Positions 9,611 to 18,006 of a stretch of DNA of 18,566 nucleotides are shown in pieces. Below the pieces are notes generated by a model. It was not told the DNA's origin. It saw only the letters and a list, made by a program, of their open reading frames with translations, and made no database searches. A program made the translations under genes and the position numbers. The stretch's first letter is position 1; each line of letters opens with the position of its first letter. The stretch is taken from positions 1-18,566 of the forward strand of contig JAKQQL010000295.1 in the NCBI GenBank assembly GCA_029564175.1, read 5' to 3'. The DNA comes from Candidatus Cloacimonadota bacterium (GTDB lineage: Bacteria > Cloacimonadota > Cloacimonadia > Cloacimonadales > WRIO01).

Positions 9611-9801
9611 TGTCATTCTGAGCGTTAGCGAAGAATCTCCTCTAGGACTTCTTGCATCAAAAATTCTACTATCCTGTTACCCCTTCAGGGTTTTTATAGA
9701 TGAAATAATTCTATTTATGCAGGAAGAACGTATGGGAGATCGTTCTTTGCTTAACTGCGTTCCGCTCAGCCCTTTGGGATTGCGTTTCACTCAGGATGAC
9801 A
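9611..9801. repeat. Non-autonomous palindromic element (GTCATTCTGAG...CTCAGGATGAC type)
   Basis: Terminal inverted repeat TGTCATTCTGAG (9611-9622) / CTCAGGATGACA (9790-9801) with one G-T wobble. An inner GAATCTCC / GGAGATCG pair is present. From general knowledge, it resembles intergenic repeats often seen beside small GIY-YIG nuclease genes. Confidence 0.75.
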
Positions 9802-9946
9802 AGCACTTCGTTGATTTTAGTTATACCGGAGATGAGAGTAAACGACAGATTACGAGCAGAATGTTTTTCGTAAGGAAAACATGTAAAGTTACATAATATA
9901 ATCATTTTTAATATATTTTTACATAAAAATTTAAAAGGAGCCATAA

Positions 9947-12349
9947 ATGACAAAATATTCCCTTATCTGCATTGTATTAAGTCTGCTGAGTACCTGTCTT
10001 TTGTATTCAGCTGATCTTGAGTATCAAAGTCCGGGCGGTATCATTGAAGAAATCTTTAACAGACCATACAACCCGGGTGTATCACTGTATCAGAAACTTG
10101 GTTTAAAGATATACAAAGAGCGTTCTTTATACATTCCGCTTGATTTTTTGGCAGAGCCGATTGTCCGCTATGCCGGTATTCAGGTCTATGAAAAAAGCCG
10201 TTCTTCAGTCAGATCTTCATTTTACACGGAGTATAAATGGGGCGAATTGTATTCAGACTCCTTAAATACATTGCCATTACCCAAAAACTCCGTATTTGGT
10301 TCTGACATCCCTTCTTTTGATGGTCAAAAAACGGTTTTTATGGAATACAGCAAAGATAAAATCAGTCTTTGGATGATCCATCTGGATTCTTTAAAAGCGG
10401 GTAAAACAGATTCTGCACTTGAAAAACTGATGGATGCTGGTATTAACCAGGTCTTTGATGAGTCTGTTCAATGGATGCCGGATAACAGGCATTTGTTAGT
10501 CAGACTGATTCCTCAGGATTTAAAAAAACCGGAACAGTTGAGTCTGATACCCAAAGGACCGATCATTTTGGAGACTTCTGGCAAAGAATCCCAGAACAGA
10601 ACCTATCCCAATCTTCTAAAAAACCAATATGATGAAGATATGTTTGAATACTATGGAAGTGTTCAGCTGGCATTATTTGATACCCAAACAAAAACACTAA
10701 AACAGATATTAAACCCGATGATGTTGTCTTATACAGATCCATCACCGGATGGCAAATATCTCTTGTGTAAAGAGATAATGAAGCCTTTCTCCAGAAAAGT
10801 CTCCTACTATTCATTCCCTTCTCAATGGATAGTGATCGATCTGCTTAACATGAAAAAAATCGTTTTAAGCCAGTCTCCTGCCACTGATGATCTAAGAGCA
10901 GGTTGGGTGATGAAAGGCAACAGAGCTTTCTGGTGGAATGCACATAAAGATAATACCCTTTTCCGTCTGACAACACTGGATGATGGAAATCCAGACAATG
11001 AAAAGGGCTTCAGAGATGAAGTCTCTGAATTGAGCTATCCTTTCAATGCAAAAGTAAAAAGTATCTATAAGTCCAGACAAAGAATCTCCAATGTGAATTT
11101 TATCAATGATAATATCCTGTATGTAAGAGAATATGACTGGAAGAAAAAGAGAAGCAAGGCTTTTCTTAGCAATTTAAAGACTTATAAGCAATATACCATT
11201 TATGACAAATTGAATGAAGAAAAATATGATCTGCCTGGAAATATAGCATATAAATCTCTGTCAGATGGCAGAATCAGACCTTATATCTCTGAAAATAGTC
11301 TCTTTTTTATCGGGGATGGATTAACTCAGAATAGCCGCAAACCTTTTATTGATCAGTTAAATCTCAGTACATTTACTAAAAAAAGGCTGATTGAATTAGA
11401 TGAACAGGATTATGTCTCCATCGCTTATTTAATGGATGAGAACCCCAATGAGTTTCTTTTATACAGAGAAAATCCTCAGACTCCACTCAATCTCTATGTT
11501 TACAACTTAAAAACCAAAACAGAAAAAGCCATCACGAATTTTGATGATAATATCCCTGAACTCACCCGTTTGCAAAAGAGAGTGATCAAATATACCAGAC
11601 CTGACAATGTTCAGCTGTCCGGTATTCTCTATTTACCTGCAGATTACGACAGTACAAAAGCCTTACCACTCATCATGTCAGCCTACCCTCAGGAATTTTC
11701 AGATCCAGAAACTGCCAGTCAGACATCTCATACGGATAAGCGTTACAACCGCCCATGGAGCTCTTCTCCTTTATATTTTTGCCTGAATGGTTTTGCCGTG
11801 CTACAGGATGCTTCATTTCCAATCGTTGGTGATCCTCAGACAGTCAATGACACCTGGATGGAACAGGCAGTCTCCAATGCCAAAGCAGCCATTGATTATC
11901 TGGCTAAAGAAGGCATTGTCGATTCAAACAAGGTCATTATTCAGGGTCACAGCTACGGCGCTTTTATGGTAGTTAATCTCATGGCACATTCAAACCTCTT
12001 TGCCGGTGGTATCGCTAAAAATGGTGCTTACAACCGTACTCTCACCCCATTTGGTTTCCAAAAAGAAAGACGTAATCTTTGGGAAGCAAAAGATGTTTAT
12101 CTGAAACTGTCTCCCTTCCTCTATGCGAATAAAATCCAAAAACCTTTACTCTTGATTCACAGCATGGAAGACACCAATCCAGGCACTTTCCCGATTCAAA
12201 GCCAGAGACTTTATGAAGCTTTGGAAGGAAATGGTAAGATCTGCCGTTATGTCCAGTTACCGCTGGAAGATCACAGTTACTCTGCCAAAGAGACTCATCT
12301 GCATCTGCTTTGGGAATACCAGGAATTCTTTAAAAATGTCTTGAAATAG
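9947..12349 (+). CDS. Secreted S9 (prolyl oligopeptidase-like) serine peptidase, glutamyl-endopeptidase-like
   Basis: Signal peptide, propeller-like N-terminal region, nucleophile elbow GHSYGA, GAYNRTLTPFGFQ, catalytic Asp (EDTNPG) and His (EDHSY). RBS AAGGAG. Confidence 0.92.
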   Translation: MTKYSLICIVLSLLSTCLLYSADLEYQSPGGIIEEIFNRPYNPGVSLYQKLGLKIYKERSLYIPLDFLAEPIVRYAGIQVYEKSRSSVRSSFYTEYKWGELYSDSLNTLPLPKNSVFGSDIPSFDGQKTVFMEYSKDKISLWMIHLDSLKAGKTDSALEKLMDAGINQVFDESVQWMPDNRHLLVRLIPQDLKKPEQLSLIPKGPIILETSGKESQNRTYPNLLKNQYDEDMFEYYGSVQLALFDTQTKTLKQILNPMMLSYTDPSPDGKYLLCKEIMKPFSRKVSYYSFPSQWIVIDLLNMKKIVLSQSPATDDLRAGWVMKGNRAFWWNAHKDNTLFRLTTLDDGNPDNEKGFRDEVSELSYPFNAKVKSIYKSRQRISNVNFINDNILYVREYDWKKKRSKAFLSNLKTYKQYTIYDKLNEEKYDLPGNIAYKSLSDGRIRPYISENSLFFIGDGLTQNSRKPFIDQLNLSTFTKKRLIELDEQDYVSIAYLMDENPNEFLLYRENPQTPLNLYVYNLKTKTEKAITNFDDNIPELTRLQKRVIKYTRPDNVQLSGILYLPADYDSTKALPLIMSAYPQEFSDPETASQTSHTDKRYNRPWSSSPLYFCLNGFAVLQDASFPIVGDPQTVNDTWMEQAVSNAKAAIDYLAKEGIVDSNKVIIQGHSYGAFMVVNLMAHSNLFAGGIAKNGAYNRTLTPFGFQKERRNLWEAKDVYLKLSPFLYANKIQKPLLLIHSMEDTNPGTFPIQSQRLYEALEGNGKICRYVQLPLEDHSYSAKETHLHLLWEYQEFFKNVLK

Positions 12350-12372
12350 CTAATGGAATAGATAAGGGGATT

Positions 12373-12462
12373 GTAGAACGACCCTCCTGAGGTTAAATAT
12401 ACATTTTTGTTAACGAGCAGGATGCTCGTTCTACAATTTCCGTAAGACAAGTATCCTGCTTT
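12373..12462. repeat. Degenerate cluster of REP-like hairpins (same family as the arrays)
   Basis: GTAGAACGACCCTCCTGAGGTT, AACGAGCAGGATGCTCGTTCTAC and GTAAGACAAGTATCCTGCTTT. Order and sequence parallel the cluster at 17843-17957. Confidence 0.8.
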
Positions 12463-12688
12463 TAAAAATGTAACTGATTTTTCCACCTTAGTAATCCATT
12501 CAGAACCTCACTATTTCTTACCTCTTTTTTATCCCAAATCTACATCAAAAAATTACATTTTCATTTTTCTTTCCTTATTCTATCCTTATCCTTTCCTTAT
12601 CAAACACTTTACAAATAACAAGAAATATTTTGAGCCTATTTTGAAACATTATCATGTTAATATATCATTCAAAGAGTCATGTGCATAA

Positions 12689-12820
12689 GAGTCTGTGCAA
12701 AAAGAAGAGTTCCGGAGGAACGAAAGAATCCTAGCCCGTGGTGAAACCACGGGGAAATAGTGAGTTACGGTTCAAGCATCGTAGATGCGACAGAATTTTT
12801 TATCTCTTTTTGCACAACCT
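12689..12820 (+). mobile_element. MITE-like element A, the outer left inverted repeat of the cargo
   Basis: Own 12-bp terminal IR TGTGCAAAAAGA (12694-12705) / TCTTTTTGCACA (12805-12816). Internal layout is TTCCGGAGGAA - hairpin CCCGTGGT-GAA-ACCACGGG - GCATCGTAGATGCG. 12722-12768 is the exact reverse complement of 17652-17698. Confidence 0.8.
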
Positions 12821-12845
12821 TTGGAGAGTCTTTGCAATAACTAAC

Positions 12846-12930
12846 ATTCCGTAGGAATTGCCGAGTGGTAGCCAGATGCGGAAGCGTCTGGTATATAATG
12901 TTTTTAAAACAAAGCGCCGTAGATGCGGAA
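12846..12930 (+). repeat. Three-hairpin module B, the inner left inverted repeat of the cargo
   Basis: TTCCGTAGGAA - CCAGATGC-GGAA-GCGTCTGG - GCGCCGTAGATGCGG. 12861-12896 is the exact reverse complement of 17476-17511. Confidence 0.85.
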
Positions 12931-12989
12931 CAATAAACAATCACAGATTCCATCAAAAACAATAATTTTTCATAAAATATAAAAAAAGC

Positions 12990-13018
12990 TTGACCAATTT
13001 AAACAGATCTGTTAATTT
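12990..13018 (+). promoter_or_regulatory. Putative sigma-70 promoter for the cargo operon
   Basis: TTGACC-17 nt-TAATTT with a TGn extended -10. The spacer contains the perfect palindrome AACAGATCTGTT (13002-13013), a possible operator. Confidence 0.5.
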
Positions 13019-13123
13019 TGGCATAAGTGAATAAAAAACGGAATAAACAGGCAATTGAAAGATAAAAAAGATTGTGTTTCATAACAGAAAATCAGCAAAG
13101 CCTGAGAAAATATGGGAGATTTC

Positions 13124-13510
13124 ATGCCATATACAACGATCAGAGATAACCGATTAAACGGAAAAGTGGGCGATTTCTTAAAAGAAACCATAACAGAAGA
13201 TTCTTCTGTTTCTATTGTTTCGGCTTACTTTACCATATACGCATACTACCAGTTGAAAGAAAACCTCGACAAAATAAAAGAGTTACGATTTTTATTTGGA
13301 GAGCCTACCTTTATCAAGGCAATTGACACTAGTATCCTGCTGATTAAAAAGAGTCAGAATCAAAAAAAACTAATATTTTTTACTTACCATGATAACTTGA
13401 AAAGCAACAAATTGAATTCTGATACTACTCACCGCGAAAAGCAGATAGATCAGCTGGTATATCAGCTATATGAACTAACCGAAGAAGAAATCGCTTTAGT
13501 TGATAAATAA
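13124..13510 (+). pseudogene. Chimeric remnant: N-terminus of a PLD-domain/helicase protein fused to fragments of a Type IIG (Eco57I-like) restriction-modification enzyme
   Basis: IRDN..GKVGDFLKE..SIVSAYFTIYAY..LRFLFGEPTFIK resembles the start of PLD-helicase proteins. DTSILLIKK resembles the strand after the MTase catalytic motifs. DTTHREKQIDQLVYQLYELTEEEIALV resembles the Type IIG C-terminus. RBS GGGAG precedes ATG 13124. Confidence 0.72.
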
Positions 13511-15900
13511 TGAAAACAAAAATTAATCAGCTTGTGAACTTTCTAAATAAACATAAAAACTTAATTATTCTTATTTTCTTTCCTGTTTCTCTCTTGATTA
13601 TTGATTATTGTATATCTAAATTTGATGTTAAATCTATGTTCTTAAATATATTTAGTTATATTTCACAGCTCATAGCTTGTAATCTATATCTATTTTCTAA
13701 TGATTTACCATCAAAGATCATTATTGCATTACTTGGTTTATCTTATCCTATTTTACTACAAGTAGTTATTCAATTAGACGATAAATATAAATCTCCAAGT
13801 ATTATGGAAATGTTTAATAGAGAGAAAGTCATAATAGCTTACAAATATATACTTTATATCAGCTTAACTCTTTTAGGCATTAATTCTTTAAATTATTGTA
13901 ACCCTTCATTATTAATAGATATATTTAATTTGATTTCATTTACTATGACTACTGTTCTACTAGTATTGTTTTTTTTGTATGCAGAAAAAATATATAGGTA
14001 TTATGCACCAAGTATGTTGATTATTTATTTAAAAAATCTATATATTAAAAAAAATAATGAAATAGGGTTTAACTCTCTAGGAGATTTGTTATTATTATCA
14101 TTAAAAAATCAATATACAAAATATTCTAAAGAATTGATTACTTTTTTCTATTATGAATTTAAAAATATTAGATTATCATTCAAAGAGAAACCTGTAGAAT
14201 ATCCATTATATTTTTATAATTTACAATATCAATTGCTTAAAGAAATTTTAATGTTAAATGATAAAAGCGATAAAAACTTAGAATATCATTTAGTAAGTAA
14301 TATTTGGTTATGGGGAGAAAATGAAAAAAATACTATTTCAAGCACTACATATAAATGGATGTGGTCTAACTTAAACCTTATCATTCAATATAACAGAGAT
14401 GACTTGATTCTTGAACATTGGGATTCAGCTGACAGACATATAGCTATGTCATTAGCAAAGATATATTACGAATATGATTATCATAAAACTCCTGAAGTTG
14501 TAATAAATAAAGATATTGCTGAAACAAGGGATCAAGAAAGAAATCAGTTTTTTGAATTTTATTATGCTTTAGGCGGTTTACTACTCTATAATAAAAAATA
14601 TAAACTAATAAATGAACTATTTAATTATACAAATAGTTTGCCTCCAAAATGTGAACTGCTTCCTGAATCAATGCAGGAAATTTTTGATTTTTTTAAAATA
14701 CTTAGTGATGAAAGATCAGACATCAATTTAAATTTTTCAAACAATTATCCTATTCCCAAGAAGCAAAGCCTAACTGAAGATAAGTTATTATTAAACTATA
14801 CTTCTCATTATTTAGTTCTTCTATTTTTACGGCAATATCTGATTTTCCCTTATTTAAGTACAATGAAACCATTGGATTTACCTCAATTACCAAATAATGC
14901 AAGAGATGTAAAATTATTTTTGACTTCTTTAGAATTTTTTAAAGACATATTAATCGACCTTTTATCAAATAAAGCGTTACTAAAGGAGTTGAGGTTTGAC
15001 ATAATTACTGAAGAATGGTGCAAGCAAAATGATAAACTTTATCCTATTAATTATATTAATAACCTGGAAATGCAGTTAAAGAACAAATATGAAGAATTGC
15101 AGATATCTGAAGAGATTGATCCCAATAAGATATCATTATTTTTTGCATCAACAAAAGAAAGATTGACACATCATTTTGTTGAATTATTTCATTTTTTAAC
15201 AGAAAATGAAAAAGTAGATTCAGATAATATCGTGATTCATGGAGAAAAAATAACTTTTGAAAAAAATGCTTTATCGAAAAATCAGGAAAAAAGCATTATT
15301 AATTATGATAATATCTTATCAGAATTTATAATTTCTCAGCTAGACAGAACTCTTTGCAATTCTTTTCTTCAAAGAATTAATATCAGATATATTTTCAAAA
15401 CTGAAGATATTTTCAAAGCGATTAAAAAGCTTATGAATCATGACAGAATACTTGTCAACTGTGGAGTATATCTCAATTTCTTTATTGAAGTTTTAAAAAT
15501 ACCCGGATTAACAAAGAGCAGTTATTACGATTTCAACATAATTGAAATTAAACACTTTCAGCCTTGTGAGAAATCTTTTTTTATATTTAACAAAAAAGAG
15601 ATACCTTCTCTGGTATTAAAAGAGCTTGCATCTGATATAATAAATGAATTAGATTTAGAGAAAATTGATGATAAATATCCAATTTATGCTTCAGTGATTG
15701 ATTTTAATACAAAGGATTCTGATTTTAAAAATAAATATGCATATACTTTAGAATCAGATAAACAAAACAAGTCAGCATTATTAACTATTGGACTTCATGC
15801 AGAAATACAATGGGATAAAAATGTCTCTGTAATTCAAGTAATACCACATTATAAATTAGATACTCAAGGAATTGTAAATAACTTAAAAGATTTAGACTAA
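13510..15900 (+). CDS. Hypothetical membrane protein (about 4-5 N-terminal TM helices plus a large soluble domain)
   Basis: 796-aa ORF with hydrophobic segments in the first ~160 aa. Coupled to the upstream ORF through a TAATG overlap. Very AT-rich: 12/60 G+C at 13921-13980 versus 29/60 at 7141-7200. Confidence 0.85.
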   Translation: MKTKINQLVNFLNKHKNLIILIFFPVSLLIIDYCISKFDVKSMFLNIFSYISQLIACNLYLFSNDLPSKIIIALLGLSYPILLQVVIQLDDKYKSPSIMEMFNREKVIIAYKYILYISLTLLGINSLNYCNPSLLIDIFNLISFTMTTVLLVLFFLYAEKIYRYYAPSMLIIYLKNLYIKKNNEIGFNSLGDLLLLSLKNQYTKYSKELITFFYYEFKNIRLSFKEKPVEYPLYFYNLQYQLLKEILMLNDKSDKNLEYHLVSNIWLWGENEKNTISSTTYKWMWSNLNLIIQYNRDDLILEHWDSADRHIAMSLAKIYYEYDYHKTPEVVINKDIAETRDQERNQFFEFYYALGGLLLYNKKYKLINELFNYTNSLPPKCELLPESMQEIFDFFKILSDERSDINLNFSNNYPIPKKQSLTEDKLLLNYTSHYLVLLFLRQYLIFPYLSTMKPLDLPQLPNNARDVKLFLTSLEFFKDILIDLLSNKALLKELRFDIITEEWCKQNDKLYPINYINNLEMQLKNKYEELQISEEIDPNKISLFFASTKERLTHHFVELFHFLTENEKVDSDNIVIHGEKITFEKNALSKNQEKSIINYDNILSEFIISQLDRTLCNSFLQRINIRYIFKTEDIFKAIKKLMNHDRILVNCGVYLNFFIEVLKIPGLTKSSYYDFNIIEIKHFQPCEKSFFIFNKKEIPSLVLKELASDIINELDLEKIDDKYPIYASVIDFNTKDSDFKNKYAYTLESDKQNKSALLTIGLHAEIQWDKNVSVIQVIPHYKLDTQGIVNNLKDLD

Positions 15901-15953
15901 AATTAGGAATATTAAACATAATATTTTAAATTCTTCAATATGCTCAATAAATC

Positions 15954-17255
15954 CTATTTACTCAGTAGATGATGAAAATAATTTTTATCATTTAGTTGAT
16001 TATTCCTGCATTCCATCCAGGCGTATCTTACCTTTTCGTGATTAGTTATCCAGGTCTGATGCCATTGATAAGGAGTTGACTGGCGATCTGTCAAGTTTTG
16101 AAATTCTGAAAAGTGAAAAAAACCGGAACGATATACCTTGCATAGCTGATAGAATACTTCTTCGGTGTAGTATTGAGCAGTGCCTTCAACGATATGTTTA
16201 TCAATATAAGTCCCCGTCAGTAATCCCTGACTTCCGCTCAGATCAATCCCTGAGATAGTATAAGCATGAACCAGCTCATGAATCAGTACAATCAAAAAGA
16301 GCTCTTCATTTTTTAGGGAATGTTTTAATATTTTGTCTCCATAGATTTCGATATGTTGAGCATCTTCTGAATGGAAAAATATCCCCAGAGGATCAGATAT
16401 AATCCCTGGTTTGTCTTCAAAATAAGTCTCTTCATCTTCCCTTTCGTCATGTTGGTAGTCATCAAATCTTTCAGTAAAATTTTCAAGATTGAACTCTTTG
16501 AACTTTTCAAGAACCACTTTAATGGATTTACAATTCGCAAAAGAATAATCAAATGGGTCTAAATATTCTGTTTTCAGAATTTGTAATATATGCTCTTTTT
16601 CATAGTCAGACAGAATATCTGAGTAATCATAGCGACACAGGATTTTAATTGGAATATTGATGTTTTCCGGCATAGAAGTGTTGTAATACCTATCTTCTTT
16701 GTTACGGGTAAGTGTAAAACCGCTTAAGCGTTTGATTCGTTCCTGGATAAAACGGAGATATTTGTCTTTCAGTTCATAAAAAAGAGGGAACAGATAATAA
16801 TCTATCAAAGAGCGAATGAACTGGTCAATGAGTTCTTTATCAGAATGGATGGTATATGAATATATGGATAGTGGATTAACTTGATTTTGATTGTTTTTGT
16901 AGTTTTCAAATTCGCTGTTTCGATATACACTTAAACTTAATCCTTCATAAAAGAAAGTCTCATAGATGTTACAGGTATGACTACTTTTTTCTTTTCTGAA
17001 TTGAATTGAACAGGCAGTATATAGCTGATTAAGAGAATTATACACATTCATGTATATTGGATGACCATATTCTTTAAACCATGGGATTTCAATAATCTGA
17101 CATTTACAATTTCTTGCTTTCATTGTTTTTGTATCTATGTACAAATCTTCAAGAATTCTGACTTTAATGTTATCTGGCCTTTTATGATATATTGAAAATG
17201 ACAATTCAGAATGTTCACTGAGAATTTTAAAATATTGATTTTGATCTTGATTCAT
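15954..17255 (-). CDS. Hypothetical protein with a C-terminal zincin (HEXXH) metallopeptidase-like domain
   Basis: 433-aa ORF with IVLIHELVHAY followed by EGTAQYYT, a gluzincin-like third ligand. RBS GGAGG is 6 nt upstream of the ATG. No signal peptide. Confidence 0.82.
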   Translation of the reverse strand: MNQDQNQYFKILSEHSELSFSIYHKRPDNIKVRILEDLYIDTKTMKARNCKCQIIEIPWFKEYGHPIYMNVYNSLNQLYTACSIQFRKEKSSHTCNIYETFFYEGLSLSVYRNSEFENYKNNQNQVNPLSIYSYTIHSDKELIDQFIRSLIDYYLFPLFYELKDKYLRFIQERIKRLSGFTLTRNKEDRYYNTSMPENINIPIKILCRYDYSDILSDYEKEHILQILKTEYLDPFDYSFANCKSIKVVLEKFKEFNLENFTERFDDYQHDEREDEETYFEDKPGIISDPLGIFFHSEDAQHIEIYGDKILKHSLKNEELFLIVLIHELVHAYTISGIDLSGSQGLLTGTYIDKHIVEGTAQYYTEEVFYQLCKVYRSGFFHFSEFQNLTDRQSTPYQWHQTWITNHEKVRYAWMECRNNQLNDKNYFHHLLSK

Positions 17256-17277
17256 CTCTTACCTCCATTTTTTTTCT

Positions 17278-17306
17278 TTTATATAATTTATTTTGGGGAA
17301 GGTCAA
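17278..17306 (-). promoter_or_regulatory. Putative sigma-70 promoter of the HEXXH gene
   Basis: Minus strand reads TTGACC-17 nt-TATAAA just upstream of the GGAGG RBS. Confidence 0.55.
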
Positions 17307-17370
17307 GAGATATTTTAAAATTTAGACGAAATTGACAGTTTTTTTTGAAAAAGAGCCAAACAAGTAGCAG

Positions 17371-17398
17371 ATTGTCGCTACATTGTGGCGACAATTTT
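17371..17398 (+). terminator. Hairpin: possible intrinsic terminator or another REP-type palindrome
   Basis: ATTGTCGCTAC-ATT-GTGGCGACAAT is an 11-bp stem with one wobble, followed by TTT. GTAG lies at 17364. Confidence 0.4.
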
Positions 17399-17443
17399 CA
17401 GAGGAGATATTTGTTTGTATTGTATGCAAACAGGGATATTCGG

Positions 17444-17527
17444 CCGCACCTACGGTGCTTGTTTTGTAACAAACAATATACCAGACGCTTCCGCATCTGG
17501 CTACCACTCGGTCATTCCTACGGAATT
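17444..17527 (-). repeat. Module B', the inner right inverted repeat of the cargo
   Basis: Reverse-complement copy of 12846-12930 with a 36-bp exact core. Confidence 0.85.
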
Positions 17528-17598
17528 CTTTTCCGTGGCTTTCCGTATTTCTGTGGTTGATATTCTTTTCTCGTAAAGACCCCAAAGATCGCAAAGAA

Positions 17599-17714
17599 GA
17601 GTCTGTGTAAAGAGGTCGATTTTATTCGACCGCACCTACGGAGCTTGTATTGTAACTCACTATTTCCCCGTGGTTTCACCACGGGCTAGGATTCTTTCAT
17701 TCCTACGGAATTCT
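17599..17714 (-). mobile_element. Element A', the outer right inverted repeat of the cargo
   Basis: Reverse-complement copy of element A with a 47-bp exact core. It begins with the TIR-like GAGTCTGTGTAAAGAG; the other TIR is missing. Confidence 0.8.
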
Positions 17715-17762
17715 TTTCCGTTTCCTTCCGTTTTTCCGTGGTTGATCAAAAAAAATCAGCAT

Positions 17763-17789
17763 TTTTGTCTGGGTAATATATATAGAGGG
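17763..17789 (+). promoter_or_regulatory. 27-bp conserved motif, copy 2
   Basis: TTTTGTCTGGGTAATATATATAGAGGG, 26/27 identical to the reverse complement of 7818-7844. Confidence 0.6.
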
Positions 17790-17842
17790 TGTTCTGATGA
17801 AGCGAAGCACCTTTCATCCAAAATTGTACAAAAGCATTTATT

Positions 17843-17993
17843 GTAGAACGACCTTCCAGGTCGTTGACGACACGATAAAAGTCAAGAAGACCATCTCAAC
17901 TAAACGAGCAGGATGCTCGTTCTACACTTATCCGTACTACAAGCATCCTGCTTGTAGCTTTGAATTTTTCTGCAAGCTGGAAGCTCGCAGTAC
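17843..17993. repeat. Cluster of 4 REP-like hairpins in alternating orientation
   Basis: GTAG-AACGACCT-TCC-AGGTCGTT (17843), AACGAGCA-GGA-TGCTCGTT-CTAC (17903), GTAC-TACAAGCA-TCC-TGCTTGTA (17934) and GCAAGCT-GGA-AGCTCGC-A-GTAC (17972). Confidence 0.9.
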
Positions 17994-18006
17994 GAAAGAT
18001 TTTTTT

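Noticed and set aside
9561..9953. ORFs of 111 aa (+) and 80 aa (-)
   Set aside because: They span the palindromic element (VILSVSEES and RFTQDDK are translations of its arms) and show no protein motif. A real small gene is not fully excluded because AGGAGG lies upstream, though too far from the ATG.
3973..16562. Small antisense or alternate-frame ORFs inside the large genes
   Set aside because: They are shadow ORFs of well-supported CDSs with no independent evidence.
12931..17443. Integron cassette array or autonomous transposon
   Set aside because: No integrase or transposase ORF, no attC-like sites between the genes, and the genes are convergent with their own promoters.
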